Notes: generated by a model not told the origin, from the letters alone. DNA of 64,000 nucleotides from Zygnema circumcarinatum SAG 698-1b (GCA_037447605.1 CM074804.1:4503909-4567908); one strand, 5' to 3'; shown: positions 1 through 14,400, numbered from the stretch's first letter. Made by a program: numbers and translations.

Positions 1-24
1 CATTTAGGCCAAGAAACGGCTTAC

Positions 25-3000
25 CAAGATTAACAAGCTGGTCTATGGTGCTCTGCGTGATCAGAGGGCTCCCTTGAAGTTGAAGTAACTTTAGCCCTCC
101 TGCTGCAATCCTGGTCGCTGCTCCCACCTCCATCTTGCAGGTTTGAAAAAGGTGTTCCATGTCCACCTTCGTTACTTCCACTTCCGTCTGAAAGAAAACA
201 GCACAGAGAGAGGGATAGAGAAGAGAAGGAGAGAGTGAGAAAGCAGATTCCGTGAGAATCCTCCCGAAGGTACAAGGTCAGAATCCTTCTTTCTCTCTGA
301 TATATCCAATCACCCAGTAGAAGAAGGCAAGCGAAACCTAATGCAGTTCAAGAAGGCTTACCGGCTCCTGAACTGCCGTTATGATGCTCTTTATGGACCA
401 TGCCTCCGGTGCCTTCCCATTCTGAATGGGTTCGTTTGAATCTTCATTGTTGACGAATGTCAATTTCAAATCCAGCCCACTACGTGAAGTTATTGAGGGA
501 CTGCTGAAGCTTCCAGATGGACCATCTTCATTGGAAGGAGGCAAGTTCGAGTTTTCTCCATTCGTCCTAGGTAATACCCCTTCCAATACACGGGGCTTCA
601 AGGCCTGAATGCCCTCCATTTGCATCTGGAGTGCGAAGGAAGTCAAAAAATGTAAGACAGTCAGCAACAAATAAGAAGTTAAAATGCAAGGAAGTTGCAA
701 CAAATCTGAAGACGGTTCTTGACGACTAACTATTGGTAGGGCTACATATTTGTGAGGCTGGTTATCACTGTCAACATCAAAATAGCAAGATGTATCAGTC
801 GACTGAAGGAATTAAGCTGTGATGGAGGGACTCGCCCCATATCAACTGGCCTTTTGTCAATGACCAGACTGGATTAACATTACGCCTTATTTGTACGGCG
901 TACGAACAGAGGACGTCAGCAGATGGAATCGTGCCAGCTGGCTTTGGTTAACTTAGTCAACGAAAAGCCTGATGGAAATATGTACGATGGGAGAGGGCGG
1001 GTGTTTGTTGTTTTCATCAAGGGCAGGGTGACGACCACCCAGTCACCTCAATTCCGCGTTCACACTGTTCCATTCTTCGAGTAGCGTGAACAATTGTCTA
1101 ATCCGCCATTGCTGTCGCAACGACGGCAGCAGCCCCATGACGTCAAATATCGACGTACTAATGAAAAGCAAGTGCGCATGAAGCAACTGGGTCGTATGAC
1201 AGCATCCTAGAAGACATCATTTCTGGTGTCAGTTCCCAGTTGGATGCCGCTGATGCAATGAGAAGACCAGGAAAGTGAGTAATGGCATTCCACATACTGT
1301 AATGGTATTGATTGGAATTCGGTTGGCATTCGTTCCTGGTTGTCCATTAGTTCCTTCCACCTTATTAGCCGCTGAAATACGGAGCAAACGGAATGTGGAG
1401 TGCCAGCACCGGTCTTCTCTCTGTTCTATTCCATCCACTCCCACCAGCACTCCTTCAGCACCTTCAAGGGCGAACAGCCAATCCAGCAGCTGCACGTCGA
1501 TGTCCATCTCATCCGGCAAAGACATGTCCCAAGCTCCCTCCTTCACTTGCGACTCGCCAGATGGAGCCGTATTCCCCTCCCCTTCAGCTGCAGGAAATCA
1601 AAAGACAAGCAAATAAATTAAAAATAATAATAATTTTTTTTTTTTATATAAATAAATTATATCCCATACATCAAATTTGTATATGACATGCTTCCTTTCT
1701 AGTGCACTGCGGGGCAGTTTCAGCATACGATGCAGTTCCTGCAGGAATAGGCGAAACCTGAGTTCCAACTTTGAGACATTATGCAAGACCTTGCTTGATG
1801 AATGATGGTCGTTTCATTAGTTCACGGAAACTCACAAGATGAAACAGTGTTCTTCAGCTCATCAGTTCCGAGGAAGTTCGCTAGTGTTCCACTTTCTCTC
1901 ATGACAGAAATCAGCTGAACTATATCTTTCCCTGGAGTGCCATCGCGATCCAATACTCCAAACCTGCGCAAAAGCGCCTCATTATACCCCATACCACCAC
2001 CTAAACGAACGCCTCCAATCTTTGCAGTGACTGACAGTGTCTGGGAGTCATGCTTAGCCCTGTATGGGATGACGTGTGTGACATTGATATCCATGAACGC
2101 CAACCCCTCTTTGGACGTGGACATGCCCCCAGTTCCGGCCATACTACCAGGTCGCGGCCCTTTCCAGAATATTGGCCTCATCCTTGTCTGTAGATTTTGA
2201 TTGAGCGCGTTGGCGTCTGAGCCTGTTTCATATGGAGACTCACCCTCGTCAGTTTCTACACAGTCCACACTGATATCTTGCCACAACACCTGTGATTGGA
2301 TAACTGCCGTTTTCGAATCCCCAAGTGATCTGAAAGTGATTCTCAGCGATATTCCGCCACCAAGAAATTGAGCAAGTGTGGGACCTTCCAGCGCCGGCTC
2401 CCCTGCAATTGACTCTAAAACCCTGAATCGTAATCCACTGATCTGAATTGATACTGCACTATCACCTGGGGCCACTGTTGCCAGATCTGAAAGCCCTTGG
2501 ACTGCAGCCGGCTTTGTGACTGCACTTGCAAGACCTCTAGCAGGATCAACCTCTTGCTTTCCTTTGCTGACCTTTACCAATGCTCTGCTCATCTTGCCTA
2601 TGTACGAGTACATCTGAAGCACAAAGAGAAGCTGAACGCGAGATGTGTTTGCAGAGAATTCTCTACAGCTTAAGGCGATTCTCACAGTGCCTCCAGGTGG
2701 TGGGATTACTTCCAGCGGGCTCCCATCGACACTGAGCACAGCCATTTCTACTCTTGGGTTCGCGAACTCAAGGCATCCCCACTGCCTCCCGTCAGCATCA
2801 GCCTCCAGATCAACTGAGTCATCAAAGCTTCCAGTTTCCAAGGTGAAATTGACCTTTTCTGCCGAAACTGCGTACCGTCGTTGCCCAGCGTCGACAGGCT
2901 GCCCCTCCCACATAGCATAGCAGGCTGCATCCCTGTCTACTTGAAGCACTTTGTATCGCAAGAATGGATCTTGCAAAATTTGTAGCTTAGAAAGTCGCAA

Positions 3001-6000
3001 CCTGGCACCCGTAAACTGGGCTTCATCGACTGTGTCATCTTCAAAAGCTTTGCTAGGAACGGGAACAATAACATCAAATTCGTCGAGTGCAAAGAGCAGG
3101 TATCGGAGGGAGCTGTTCTGAACTGTGACTGCTCCTTGTTCGATGATGTGAGTGTCAGCAAGGAGGGAAGCAATGCGAAAGCATGATTCTTCTTGGAGGG
3201 TAATCTGCATTGCAAAAAAAGGTGGAAGTTGGTTTATGATGAAATGAAATGGTCATGCATTGCCAACTTCAGAAAAACGAAAAAAAGAGGATCGAGGTCC
3301 TCCTTTGCAGGTAAATCGCAAAATTTGAAAGACTTTCTTCCCAGGTTTAAGAACTGCGATCCAATGATTGGACGAGCAAGAATTCAAGCTTACGAAGTTG
3401 ATCACCGGGGGGACGACAGTAGGTTAATTGCAGAACACACACTCAGCTGAAGACGTTTCTTTATTTGTGTGCATGGCTTAGAACAGACACGGTCTTTAAC
3501 CCGGCGCTGGAAAACAAGCCTCTGCAGTTCTACAGCCATCTGGAACGATGTGACGTTCTCCATCACTTTCTAAAGGAAAGGAACTATTGATTGCCGAGTG
3601 TCTAGGGTTATCAGCGAATGGCCTTCCTACCTTCAGCGGGCTGCAACGAATAACCAGCTGGCCCGACAGTGTTGGTGGTTCGGGTGCCGGTTTTGTGTGT
3701 GCAGAATAAAGCCGAATCATGGCTCCAGGATGCGGGTCTTCTTCCACGGGCAAGGGATAAATACGCGGCCACAGGAGGTCGCTAGCTGCCCAGCAAACAA
3801 GTGGCAGCATTGTCAGACTTCCAGAACATCACTTCACCCTATTTGGCACAACACAAGCATGCGGATCGCTCAAAATAGGCATATGGATACTAAAAGTCCA
3901 ACTTTGACGTTCAACTGGTAAGTAAATAGACTGAAATTAGCATAAACATCTGCCTTAAAGAGAGGCAGCTACGTTCCTTGAAAGGAGGGAATAATCAACA
4001 GGTGCTAATTTTAATATTCCAATAAGAGAAGCGATTGCTACTGTTCTAGATGGCTCAAAACTGCAAACACCCATATCTGCAAACCTTCTAAACTTACAGC
4101 AGCCACGTGTCGTATCTCATATACAGCGAGAGCTAGTCTCAAAACATAAAAAGTGCTGCAGAATTTTCATATTGATATGTAGATAGGTTTTTAGGGTTTT
4201 TAGGGTTTTTAGGGTTTTTAGGAAATATAACATAACATAACATATAGACACGTATATTGCCAGACACAAGCAGCTCACCGAAAGGAGGGATAGGATCAGT
4301 TCTCGGCACAGCATCAGGCATTCCCGGCTGCAGTAGAGTTGTGGGGGGGTATGAAAAAGTATCCCTGCCAGCACCCAGCTCAGCAGTAGCACGAGCGAGA
4401 ATAGTCCATCAGGTAGAAGGCGAACACATTCGACTCTGAATCTCCTCACATCCCAGGCCAAATGCGAAAAGTTCCAGTGTTGCAAGGAATCTTTCAAAAA
4501 AAGATGACCTCGTGCCGCTATCCAAACGTAACCGAACGTCAGCAGCTCAGTTGAAAGGCCTGGAAAGGGAAGGAATGACGGCAGCCATGAGGGTCGATAT
4601 GACTCACCTAAGGAACATGTTGCCCAAATACAAACGAGACATGGCAGACACAACATCGCCTTCGCCCACACTTCCCTGCAAGGAGAACCTATGTCATCCA
4701 CAGCATTCAGGCACGATGCCTTTCAAATATCCTCTCCAACTGTCTCCCACTTTCCCTCCACTTGTCCGCGCACCTGCTCAGTACATTCTGATCCCATGAC
4801 TCATCCCACTCTCAAGCAGAACTTTCATAAGTTGGCAGCCTCCACTTGATATTCGCATTAACACACCTAATAGAGAATTTGCTATTCACCGTACACCACC
4901 AGTGAAACTGCCGACACAGTTTGAAGAACTGCTCTACAGACTAACAACTGACCTACAGTCTGTTTCACGATCATTGGGTACAGATATGTCCTCAAGGACC
5001 TAAGAAACCGCAGAATGACTCTTACATCAGGGGTACATCGGTCATCAGGACATTCTCAAGTTCTCATAGACTACAAATGGAGATTGGGTTGTTACTGTTC
5101 AAGAAACAACTGCTTCCGCTGTGGATAACATGTAAGCCTACCTTCAGGTAGTGCAACGATTGTAGCACCAACTCCAATTGAAAATCTGAAAATGACGAAC
5201 CAATCAACCACATACATGGTTTCAAACCCCTTGTCGTCTTCAGAAAAACTATCAACCCTCGATTTGAAGTCAAGCAGCATCGCAGAAACTGTCTGAATTC
5301 CACGAAAGAAGACCTACCAGACTCCTTGATTCGCAAGAAAATAGTTTCAACCGATACATCGAGAAACGACCTCCCTGCCACTTCGGAGGCCTGCATCACT
5401 AAGCAGGGTTGAATTGGTTAGCAACGAACTCAGATCCTTTCTAGAGGGACTCACGTTTTAAAGTGAAAACAATACAATATGAGCGATAAGCAAATTGTTG
5501 CAGCTACATGGGACGAAATGAATAGACTTGTGCATTAGGATATCTGAAAGATCGGGCCTCTGAGCCACACGTTTAGACAAAAGCCGAATTGGAGGAACAC
5601 GTAAATCAATAACAACGAAATGTCCAGAAAACACATGATGGACATACGTTAAGGTTATGAGAGGCTGCAATAGTAGAAAATTGAGGTGGTACTCAAGGGG
5701 TAGGTTAGGGACGGAAAAAGGACCACAAAGTGCTAACAGTCAGAGATTCTGAGCCTTACCAAGGCGGGCATAGGCCTCATATCCGGTCGATTCATGCAGA
5801 CATACATCCCAGCAATAAATCGCATGAGTGCTCTAAGGCCTGAAGACCCCAAGAAACCACAGTACATTGATCAAAACACTTCAAATAACACACCTGCGAA
5901 AGCCAAAGCAAGACTTCTGTATTTACACACAGTCTGAATTAAGGACGCGGATGAAACAGGGAGAGACCAAGATCGTAAATAGCCCTAAGAGAAGCATAAT

Positions 6001-8961
6001 GCAGTGCCAAGAGCTACTCAATGCTTGTTTGTATCTGACCAACGTGGGCTCTCACATGCGATAATAAGACATTGACACTGACCTGGCTCGCTAAGAGCAG
6101 GAGCAATAGCCTCCGAGAGCTTCAAATTCACCTCAAGACCAAGAGGGTTATTTGTATCGGTTCTGTGCATTGTTATCTGCAGAAAGCAAACAGCGCGAGT
6201 AGTAAAAAATCATCTCAACGTATTTAGCCGACTATTTATGTCGAGCAGATATCCCATCAGAGAAATGCACACTAGAGCTTGTCCATTTCAAAAAATTCTC
6301 GTTAAGCCTTATCTCTGAGCAGAGACTAAGGTCCCATGCTTTTGAAGAGACAAAAAGTATCCCCGTGAATTCTGCAGCTTGACCAAAACAATGCTATATG
6401 AGAAATGCAAGAAGGCTACCTAGGGAGGTAGGGGTGCCATGGAATTTACACAAGCATTGCCAGAGATATTGTCAACGAATCGTTCTCCTCCGAAAAATGC
6501 TCGTTTTGCTCCATCTCCATCTCGGGACCCTGATGAAGGACTGGCGCGGTCGTCTGTGAACATATCGGGATGTGGCAAAAGGTCTATCGATAATGACTGC
6601 CATTCTAATTTCTGCAACAAATGGTGAGCCCCCCACCAAAAGAATAAGACCAGGGACAAAAATTAAGTCCATTCAAAACCTAACCGGAGAGACAGACGAT
6701 GTGCAGTGATGATAATCATGAATGAATTGGCATTTTATCTCACGATGGCGATGCCATCAAATGTACACGGAAAAAGACAAAATGGAGAACCAAGGTGAAC
6801 CGGTCACAAATGACCTAGGAACGAGAGAAAAGCTTTGAGCAGATCTGCTTCTGATTCATAAAAGTGTGCATAATGCATGAAATAATCACATAAGCCACCT
6901 CGTGGGCTCTGTCAAATAGAAGCACCACAATGTGGCACACTGAACAGTTGATCGAGATTCAACATGCTGTCACTTTAGGAATTAAGATCGTAACGATCAT
7001 TAAGACTCACCCTGAATACGTAAATAGTTTTCTTTCCTTTGAAAAATTGTCGAGTCGCGGACAAGTTCACCACCTGAATGAGGGCGCAATCAATCATTGT
7101 GAGGATTCTTCAGCTTACCACTCTCCAACGCTGATTTCTATGACAGTTTTCTGGAAAAAGGAGGACTGCACCGTAGTCAATGTCTTGCACACTCTGAAAG
7201 AAATGCACAAGAGAAACGACACACCTCCCAGTTTTCATTCGTAGTGTACAAGAGCATGTTCCTGATGGTAATATTGGCAATAGGAGGAGTCCTGCTCAAG
7301 TGAAGAAACATCGTTAACTTTCAGTACAAAACCATGATATTCACATCCACATAAATTCCACTGAAGTCGCAAGGACGGAAAATATATCTTTCCTGTGATC
7401 AAGCACACTCATCCCTCTAATAGCTGGAGCCAAGGAATATACCATGCCGCTGCATCCTGACCGTTGGCGCTGCCTGCACCACGAGTTTGCAGCATTAAAT
7501 TGACCACTCCAACTTCCACGGTCATTCCGTCCGCAATCTGTGCATCAGACAAAGAAAATCAGATGCGAAATCAGTTAACCAAACCCCCGACAACGAACAA
7601 ACTGGACTGTGACGTACGAAATAATTGGAACCCCTTCAAGAAGGTTCAGTGAAAGTGAAAAAAGTGAACAGTGGAATCCACAGTTGACATACAAGGGATT
7701 GTTTGCAAATAAACAATCCAAGACTCTCAAATAAAGCACTTCGATCATCAGGTCTCCAGCCATAATGAAGGTCTTACTGAAAGACTAGCATTTACTGAAT
7801 AAAAATTCAGTGTCGTGCATACTCACCTTATCTGCGAGCGTGTAGCTTGTGCTCTTTGTAGAAGCGCTACTGCATGCAGCAAAGTTTTAAAAATAGTAAA
7901 CTTACGACCTTACCATCAGCACCTTAGTCTATGGAAAAAATGCGTCTATGGAAAAAACCCATATTTAGAGCTCTGTTTAACCAAAAAAAAAAAAACTAAA
8001 GAAAACTGCACTTCAAAAACTCAAACATAAACTGGCTTCCTCAGAAACACTTCAGCATACTAGATCAGCGCATCCCCCAGCCACACAAACATCGACCGCC
8101 AACCACGCATTGCTCACCCTGTCGTCGCCATTGGAGGCTCATTGATTGCTGTCTCCTCCAATACCAAGTCAAGTTTGGAAATTGCCACAACCGTCGGTTC
8201 AGTATTGACATTTGCCAAGGCTGGAAGCTGCAAGTTTTGGCGCGATACAACTCTTAGAATACACTCATTTTTGCATCAGAAATAGGCTGAAAAGGGATTG
8301 AAGAAAAATGGTCGGTAAGGAGTTCTATAACTGAAGGACCACTTAATAAGTGAAACAAACAAAATTGGCATTATCCTGCATTTTTTCAGGAAAAGGGCTG
8401 CTTACAGTAATCTCGAGCTTGCCCACTCGCGCTTGTGCGACCCGCAGCGTTGAAGGAAGGCCTATGATAGCATGAAGGACGTCTCCATTTAGGTCTGAAA
8501 GCCCTCCAAAAGGCCCTTCTTTGCATTACTCACACACTCGTACCAGCAAAACCAAAACCTGCAAGTGGAGGAGCCGACCCAACTCTTGCGCATCCCACAC
8601 AAAAGATTTTCCTCTCTATCCTTCTGGCGCAGGCCGTACACTTAAAAGCAGGCTTCCATGCGTTTATGCGTACACACGTCTGTGCGTGCATGCATGTGAG
8701 CGTAAGAATGTCTGCATCTTTGTTGTTCAGGGAGACAGAAGAAGAGTGAGCGTGAGCAGGTTCCCACAGCTGTCGGCAGCACTGTTTGCTTAATGGCCGT
8801 TCCTATGCCAAGCTTCCGGATGAAGAACGGAATGGAAAATAGAAATCACCGAGATTTGAAAGTTGCACAGTCCGCCCTTGCAAGCGGAACTGCTCCCGAG
8901 AATACGAGCGGAGGTAGTACTTCAGCTTCGATTGCAGCGCATTTGCCAATAATGTCTCCAT
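25..8961 (-). CDS. BLTP3/UHRF1BP1L-like chorein-N (VPS13-superfamily) lipid transfer protein, homolog of Arabidopsis At3g20720; multi-exon, 3' end beyond the left window edge
   Basis: Spliced minus-strand exons read METLLANALQSKLKYYLRSYSREQFRLQGRTVQLSNL (ATG 8961) / DLNGDVLHAIIGLPSTLRVAQARVGKLEIT / IADGMTVEVGVVNLML / KLEWQSLSIDLLPHPDMF...DGAKRAFFGGERF / GLRALMRFIAGMYVCMNR / a large exon ~1838-3210 (GARLRLSKL...WEGQPVDA...GVRLGGGMGYNEALLRRFG) / DWLFALEG...EDRCWHSTFR / TEVEVTKVDMEHL...TIDQLVNL (25-188). These motifs are collinear with the plant At3g20720 family as I recall it. Confidence 0.85.
4186..4222 (+). repeat. Interstitial telomere-like array (TTTTTAGGG) x~4
   Basis: The sequence reads ag-g-ttttt-aggg-ttttt-aggg-ttttt-aggg-ttttt-agg, inside an intron. 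Confidence 0.8.
6728..6850 (-). mobile_element. 3'-end fragment of the CRE-like non-LTR retrotransposon family
   Basis: ggcattttatctcacgatggcgatgccatcaaatgtacacgg...gaaccaaggtgaaccggtcacaaatgacctagg aligns with 50545-50660. Confidence 0.75.
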
Positions 8962-9673
8962 CAGAAAAGTTGATTTGGATTAAGAACCCTAAGGGATCAA
9001 AAATCTGAATTCCGTCTTTGAAAGTTTATTCTCACTGCAGCCGTAGCTGTTCTTTTAGCATGCTCGACAGAAAAGAAGCCAACTTGACTCTCTAAACTAA
9101 ATATGCTTCCAATAAACATCTCTAGCTACAATGACTGTCTTGATACAAAGGCAGAACCGGCCAGTACATTGCTCAGACCCAATACTAACAAAAGGTATTA
9201 TTCGCTGAGAGATGGCCGGCATAACTATTTGAAAAAGTAACACGGAGGAATCAGCAGGTGCCAGCACATGCTCTTATGCAGCCAACCCGGCCCGTTGGCG
9301 TTCAGGAAAGCACAGTTGCATGGCAGCCCGAGACTGACGCCTGAAACACGCGCGGACGGCGGACGCCAAGGTACCAAAATAAAGGACGCAAAAGGACGGT
9401 AGTAGGACAGTAGTGATCACAAGTGCGAATGTCCTCCCAGACATCTGGACGCCGCTTGGAGAGCGTGAACTGGGCGCAGGAATTCATTTCGACGACTCCA
9501 GCGGACACAGGTACCTGCTGCTGGGGACGCCCCCGGGTGCCAGAGGTCCGTACAGCGTCAGTGCAGAGGCCGCAGCGGAGTGCGCCAAACCGTGCGTCCG
9601 CGCTGCCCGCTTTATGCCACGTGGCGGGCCGTGGTCGGCAGCCTCAGCGATTTCAGATGTGCGCTTTGTGGAC

Positions 9674-10085
9674 CTTCCTCCCTCCCTCCCTCCCTCCCTC
9701 TCCGGGTGGTGCCCCTGCCCTCCTTCCCTCCCTCCATCCCTCTCGGGTAGTGCCTCTACCCTCCCTCCCTCCCTCTCTTCCTCCCGGGGTGGTGCCCCTA
9801 CCCTGCCTCCCTCCCTCCCTCCCTCCCTCCCCGGGTGGTGCCCCTGCCCTCCCTCCCTCCCTTCCCCCCTCCCCGAGTGGTGCCCCTGCCCTCCCTCCCT
9901 CCCTTCCCCCCTCCCCGAGTGGTGCCCCTGCCCTCTCTCCCTTCCTTCTCCCCTCCTGGGTGGTGCCTCTAGCCTCACTCCCTCTCTCCCTTCCTCCCGG
10001 GGTGGTGCCCCTACCCTCCTCTCTCCTTCCCTCCCCGGTGGTGCCCCTGCCCTCCCTCCCTCCCCGGGTGGTGCCCCTGCCCTCG
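9674..10085. repeat. C-rich/G-rich minisatellite, ~10 units of ~30-46 bp (core G(G/A)GTGGTGCCCCTG + (CCCT)n)
   Basis: The core recurs at about 9704, 9746, 9787, 9833, 9875, 9917, 9958, 10000, 10036 and 10066. The exact period between 9875 and 9917 is 42 bp. Confidence 0.9.
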
Positions 10086-10252
10086 TCCCCCGTCCGTGTG
10101 AGGGCGGGGGGGCGTTTCGGCCAAGTCGGTCTCCAGCTTCCCCCCGCCGCGCAGTTTGGTTGCATTGCACACAAGCTTGAGAGCCAAGGAGCCAAGGAAC
10201 TGGGTATCAATTTGAAACACGAGACCGCATCCTTACAAAGAATAAGCTAAAA

Positions 10253-10280
10253 CATCGCCATCGTGAGATCAATGTGGCAT
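10253..10280 (+). mobile_element. Very short 3'-terminal fragment of the CRE-like family
   Basis: catcgccatcgtgagatcaatg is the reverse complement of the family's terminal motif. Confidence 0.5.
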
Positions 10281-11443
10281 CTCTCTCGTTCATAATCTAT
10301 AGGGTAAACTAAGGGCAAGCATCAAAAGGCACAGCCATACACAAACATTGTGTTGTTTTCATGCCGTCGAATTACTCCGTTTCACACAAAAAGACCAAGC
10401 TCGTTCGTTTATTTCTAAAAAAAATAAAAAGGTAAGGAAGCAAAGGCCAGACGAGAGAAAGGCATTGCGCAGAGGAGGACATTTCAGAAAGCATGTTTCT
10501 GACAGTGCCCGACTTATCTCTAAAAAATTGAATAATGTGAAGAAGGACGCCTAGTTTTTGGGGTGGAAGCTACGAGAGACCGCCTTAGGGCCTGCTGCAA
10601 TGGGATATGTTTGGCCCTTTGCCGTGAGAATACTAAGTGAAAAAGTGAGAACGGTGGGAGGTGCGGGAAAGATGGAAACGGAGAGGGAAAGGTGGAGAGG
10701 GCGAGAGCGTGGCCCGGAGGGGAAGCGGACGGGGGAAGAGGGAGGGGAGGATGGGGGACGGGAGAGAGGGAGTGGCGGGGGAGGGAGAGAGAAAGAGAGA
10801 GCAGAGAATGGAAGTGAGAGAGTGAGAGAGACAGCGAGCGAGCTAAAGAATTTAACAATTATATACAGTCCCTCCTTCAAAGAAACCTACACTGGAAGGG
10901 AGAGTACCCTAAGAATGAATATCGCGCCTACACTGCTGCCAAAAATAGGACCTCTGCTGTTCCTTTGTACCAACGATCACAGCTGCACCGGTATTCGCAT
11001 TTCCTCCAGATCTCCTCGTGACCCTCGTCTCGGGTTCCCAGTCGAGGTTGAACGCCTTGGCTCAACTGCACGATTACGAATAAGCATGTAAGCAGATAAG
11101 AATGTAAGCATACAGAGTAAACATATAAGGAAGAAAAGGGGGGGGGGGGAAGGTGGGGTTGAGAGGCATAATAGCCATTGAAAGCTAGCACTATTATCTC
11201 ACATAAAAAAGACCCGTAGACCTCTTGATCCTTGGACCCATAGATCACTCAGACCCGTACAACTCTGATAAAGGAGATGGATTGCTGTCGAGTGTGCGTA
11301 ATATTTTGAATGAAAGTGCATACTGTATAGATGCATGCCCCCCGAGAAGGTGACGGTTTCGGGGGACGCATTAGGGCATTAAGTATGGGGCTAAGGATAC
11401 TCAGCCCATAGGAGTAACCCCCAAGGGCGGCTGGCTATTGACG

Positions 11444-14400
11444 TCACCCATTGTTATCAGAGTCTGTTCGTGAAACCGGTTCCATAAGCAGAACTCGCCT
11501 AACTGAACTGAGGAAGGGATAAGACTGATAACAGGAAAGACGACCAAGAATGAACGTGTCCAGTAGCTCCTTTGTGGACCCCATTAGTGCGGACAATAGA
11601 AAAAACGATAGGAGTACTGTAAGAATCTGAATCTGAACCCTCCTGCACTTACATTCTCCACTTTCTCTGTGTCCTGAAGAGCTCTCCGGCGCGAGGCTGT
11701 GTCGTCGCCACCTCAAAGCCAAAGGCGGGGCGGAGGGATCCGGAACAGGGATTAACTTGATCAAAGCTCCTATGGGCAGCCTGCAGTAGCAGTAGCAGAA
11801 CAGAGTTACTCTCTCTCCCTCTCTTCCTCTCACTCTCTCCGGAACAGGATCATAAAATTGAAAAAAAATGGAGCGCTGCTTGTGGGAGAACAATTGGCCG
11901 TTACAATCTAAAAAGAATGACGTTTCAACAAATGGACCACACAACAAATTAGTTGAGTTCTCACGTCAATGCTCCAATGCCGATGCAGATCAACCATTGA
12001 TCCAATGTCAACTGTACCGTGGATGCAAATGTGTTCAAACGTTCAACAATGATCACCTGCAAGAGCAACAGCATCGTAGGCGATAGTCACAACCCCGCAT
12101 AACTAATATACTCTGCTAGACAGTATTACAGATTTAGTCCTTCGGGTTTAAAGGGCATGCAAGGATTTAATAATTTACAATAATTCCAACATCCTTTCGG
12201 AGGCCAAGGAGGAAATCTGTCTGTCATGGTGCTCCTGCAGCGGACAGCCCTTTCATACTTAGAAGTGGGTTTTGCGTGGCGGAAATGTGCTTTACTCACC
12301 TGAACTACCATACTCATGCCGATTATCATTAGGAATGGTCGATTTCCCCATATCCCTTTGAAACAATTGAGACTGTCGAGTGTACGGCAATTGACCTCAT
12401 TGAAAAGCTGACCACAGATATAGAGAGACCCACAATACCCATCCTCCCAAAAAAAGTCTCAAAATACATGGAAGGATCTTATGTGCTGGACCTTCAGAGC
12501 AGTGATAAGCTCAGTAGACTCAGCAATGGTAGTAATGGGGTGAATCTCTCTTACCTGGCAAATGACAAATGCATTAAAGATGATAGTGTTGTTTATGCTT
12601 AATGCCTCGTCTCCGTTGCCCAGTCCAAGAATGCCTTGGCCCGCATAGTAAAGCGTTAGGAAGACAGCCAGTTGATAGACACCCTGAAGAACACAATTAA
12701 AAATCAGTCTTTATCTTCAAGGACGAGCAATGTGCCTTCGTATCGACTGCGTGGGTGTACCACGAAAGTTCAGAAGGACTCTCGACAAAGAGCTGAGCGA
12801 AAGGACTGACCATGAGGATAATGTTGCGCCACATGACGTTGGTAATGAGCGGCTCTCTGCAACAGATAACCAAAATTGCCTGTGTCAAGCGACCTCGCCT
12901 TCCATTACCTTGTCATGTTCAGATGAAGACTAACCTTCCTGGATATGTAGCCATACATAGTCTACATTCTCCACGTATGAACACTCATTTCTATAATCAT
13001 CTATGTAGAATTCCATTAACTCTGCTACTGTCGTTTTCCTGCCTTCAAAAAAACAGCAGAGAGACTGATCTGAAAGTGACTAAGTACGTACGTTCTTCCA
13101 ATAGGAGGACGATCAAGGAGCTCATCTGTCGGAGGTTCGGTTGCAAGCGCGAGAGCGGCAAACGTATCCATTATGAGGTTCACCCAAAGGAGCTATAAGA
13201 GGGAAGAGACAAAGCAACCTCCGGCCGAAAGTCAGTTCTGCGTTCTTAAGTTCGCATGTGGGTCCGGCTATTGAAGAAGCATACACTTCTACTTTAGTAA
13301 TGGTTTTGAAAATGCTTTCAGCTCACCTGAACCGCTGTGAGGGGAACTTCACCGCTGGAAGCTGCAGCGACGAAGTTGGTGGTAAGTGCCACTGCGTTTA
13401 TAGTGAGCTGAAATTGAATGAATTTTTGGATGTTCGAGTAAACCGATCTTCCCCAACGCACGACCTGCAGATTCAAGAAGTCGGGGTGCAAAAATGAACA
13501 TGGCAGAATCAGGAGAACGGAGAGATGCTTCAGGAAAATTGAGTGACTGCTGCATGACAACGTTTGAAACTGACTGCGACTGCGGGTCAATTTTGCAGCA
13601 AGTTCTGCTATACCATATTACCTTCACTATGGACGCAAAGTTATCGTCGAGAATGACAATGTCCGAGCTCTCCTTTGCCACCTCTGTTCCAGAAATTCCC
13701 ATGGAAAGGCCGATGTCCGCCTGCATGGGAGATAAACCAACATTTAGAACAGATCTGGTGTGATTGAGTGAGAGCTAGAGACAGAGATAATGCGTGTGTG
13801 TGTGAGAGAGAGAGAGACAGGGGGAGTGATTGAGAGAGAGGATGGAGAGACCTCAAGAAGGGCCGGCGCATCGTTGGTGCCATCCCCCGTAACAGCAACC
13901 ACTTCCCCCATTTTCCTCAGCAGCTTCACCAGCGTGTACTTATCGGTCGGAGAAGAGCGAGCTAACACCTACAAACATTCAGTTTCGGATCAGAAGATCA
14001 GCTCCCGTATGATGCGTTTGCTTACGATTTTGTCGTACGTAATAATGACAGCCAAATTTCGAAAAAAAAAAACCCATGGACATGTGTAAACTAATTTTTT
14101 TCCATTTTCTGCCACAGTTGAATCTATCTGACATCATCCTCTATCTCGTAACGTTCCATAAAAAATGCAAACCCTTAAGGAGCCCAACAGGCACTCTTTT
14201 TCAGGCTCCTATAGTCAACTTACATCAATCTGCGGAATGACAGCCAATTTTTCGGATTCGGGCAGCGCTCGAAATGTTTTTCCCTCCATAATGATACCGT
14301 TCCGAGTCAGAATGCCGCATTCCTTTGCAATCGCTTTCGCAGTCATCGCATTGTCGCCGGTGACCATTCGCACCTACACCTCCAATGCAGCGGAACATAC

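Noticed and set aside
7116-7193. AG...GT-bounded segment resembling an extra BLTP3 exon
   Set aside because: The flanking exons join directly (NENWE/VVNL) as in the homolog, so it is treated as intronic.
9413-10250. Several overlapping 185-275 aa Pro/Gly-rich ORFs on both strands
   Set aside because: They result from the stop-free minisatellite; multiple frames are open and there is no domain.
11335-11430. Two small hairpins downstream of the ATPase stop
   Set aside because: The stems are short, imperfect and GC-driven, as expected by chance, and match no RNA family I recognise.
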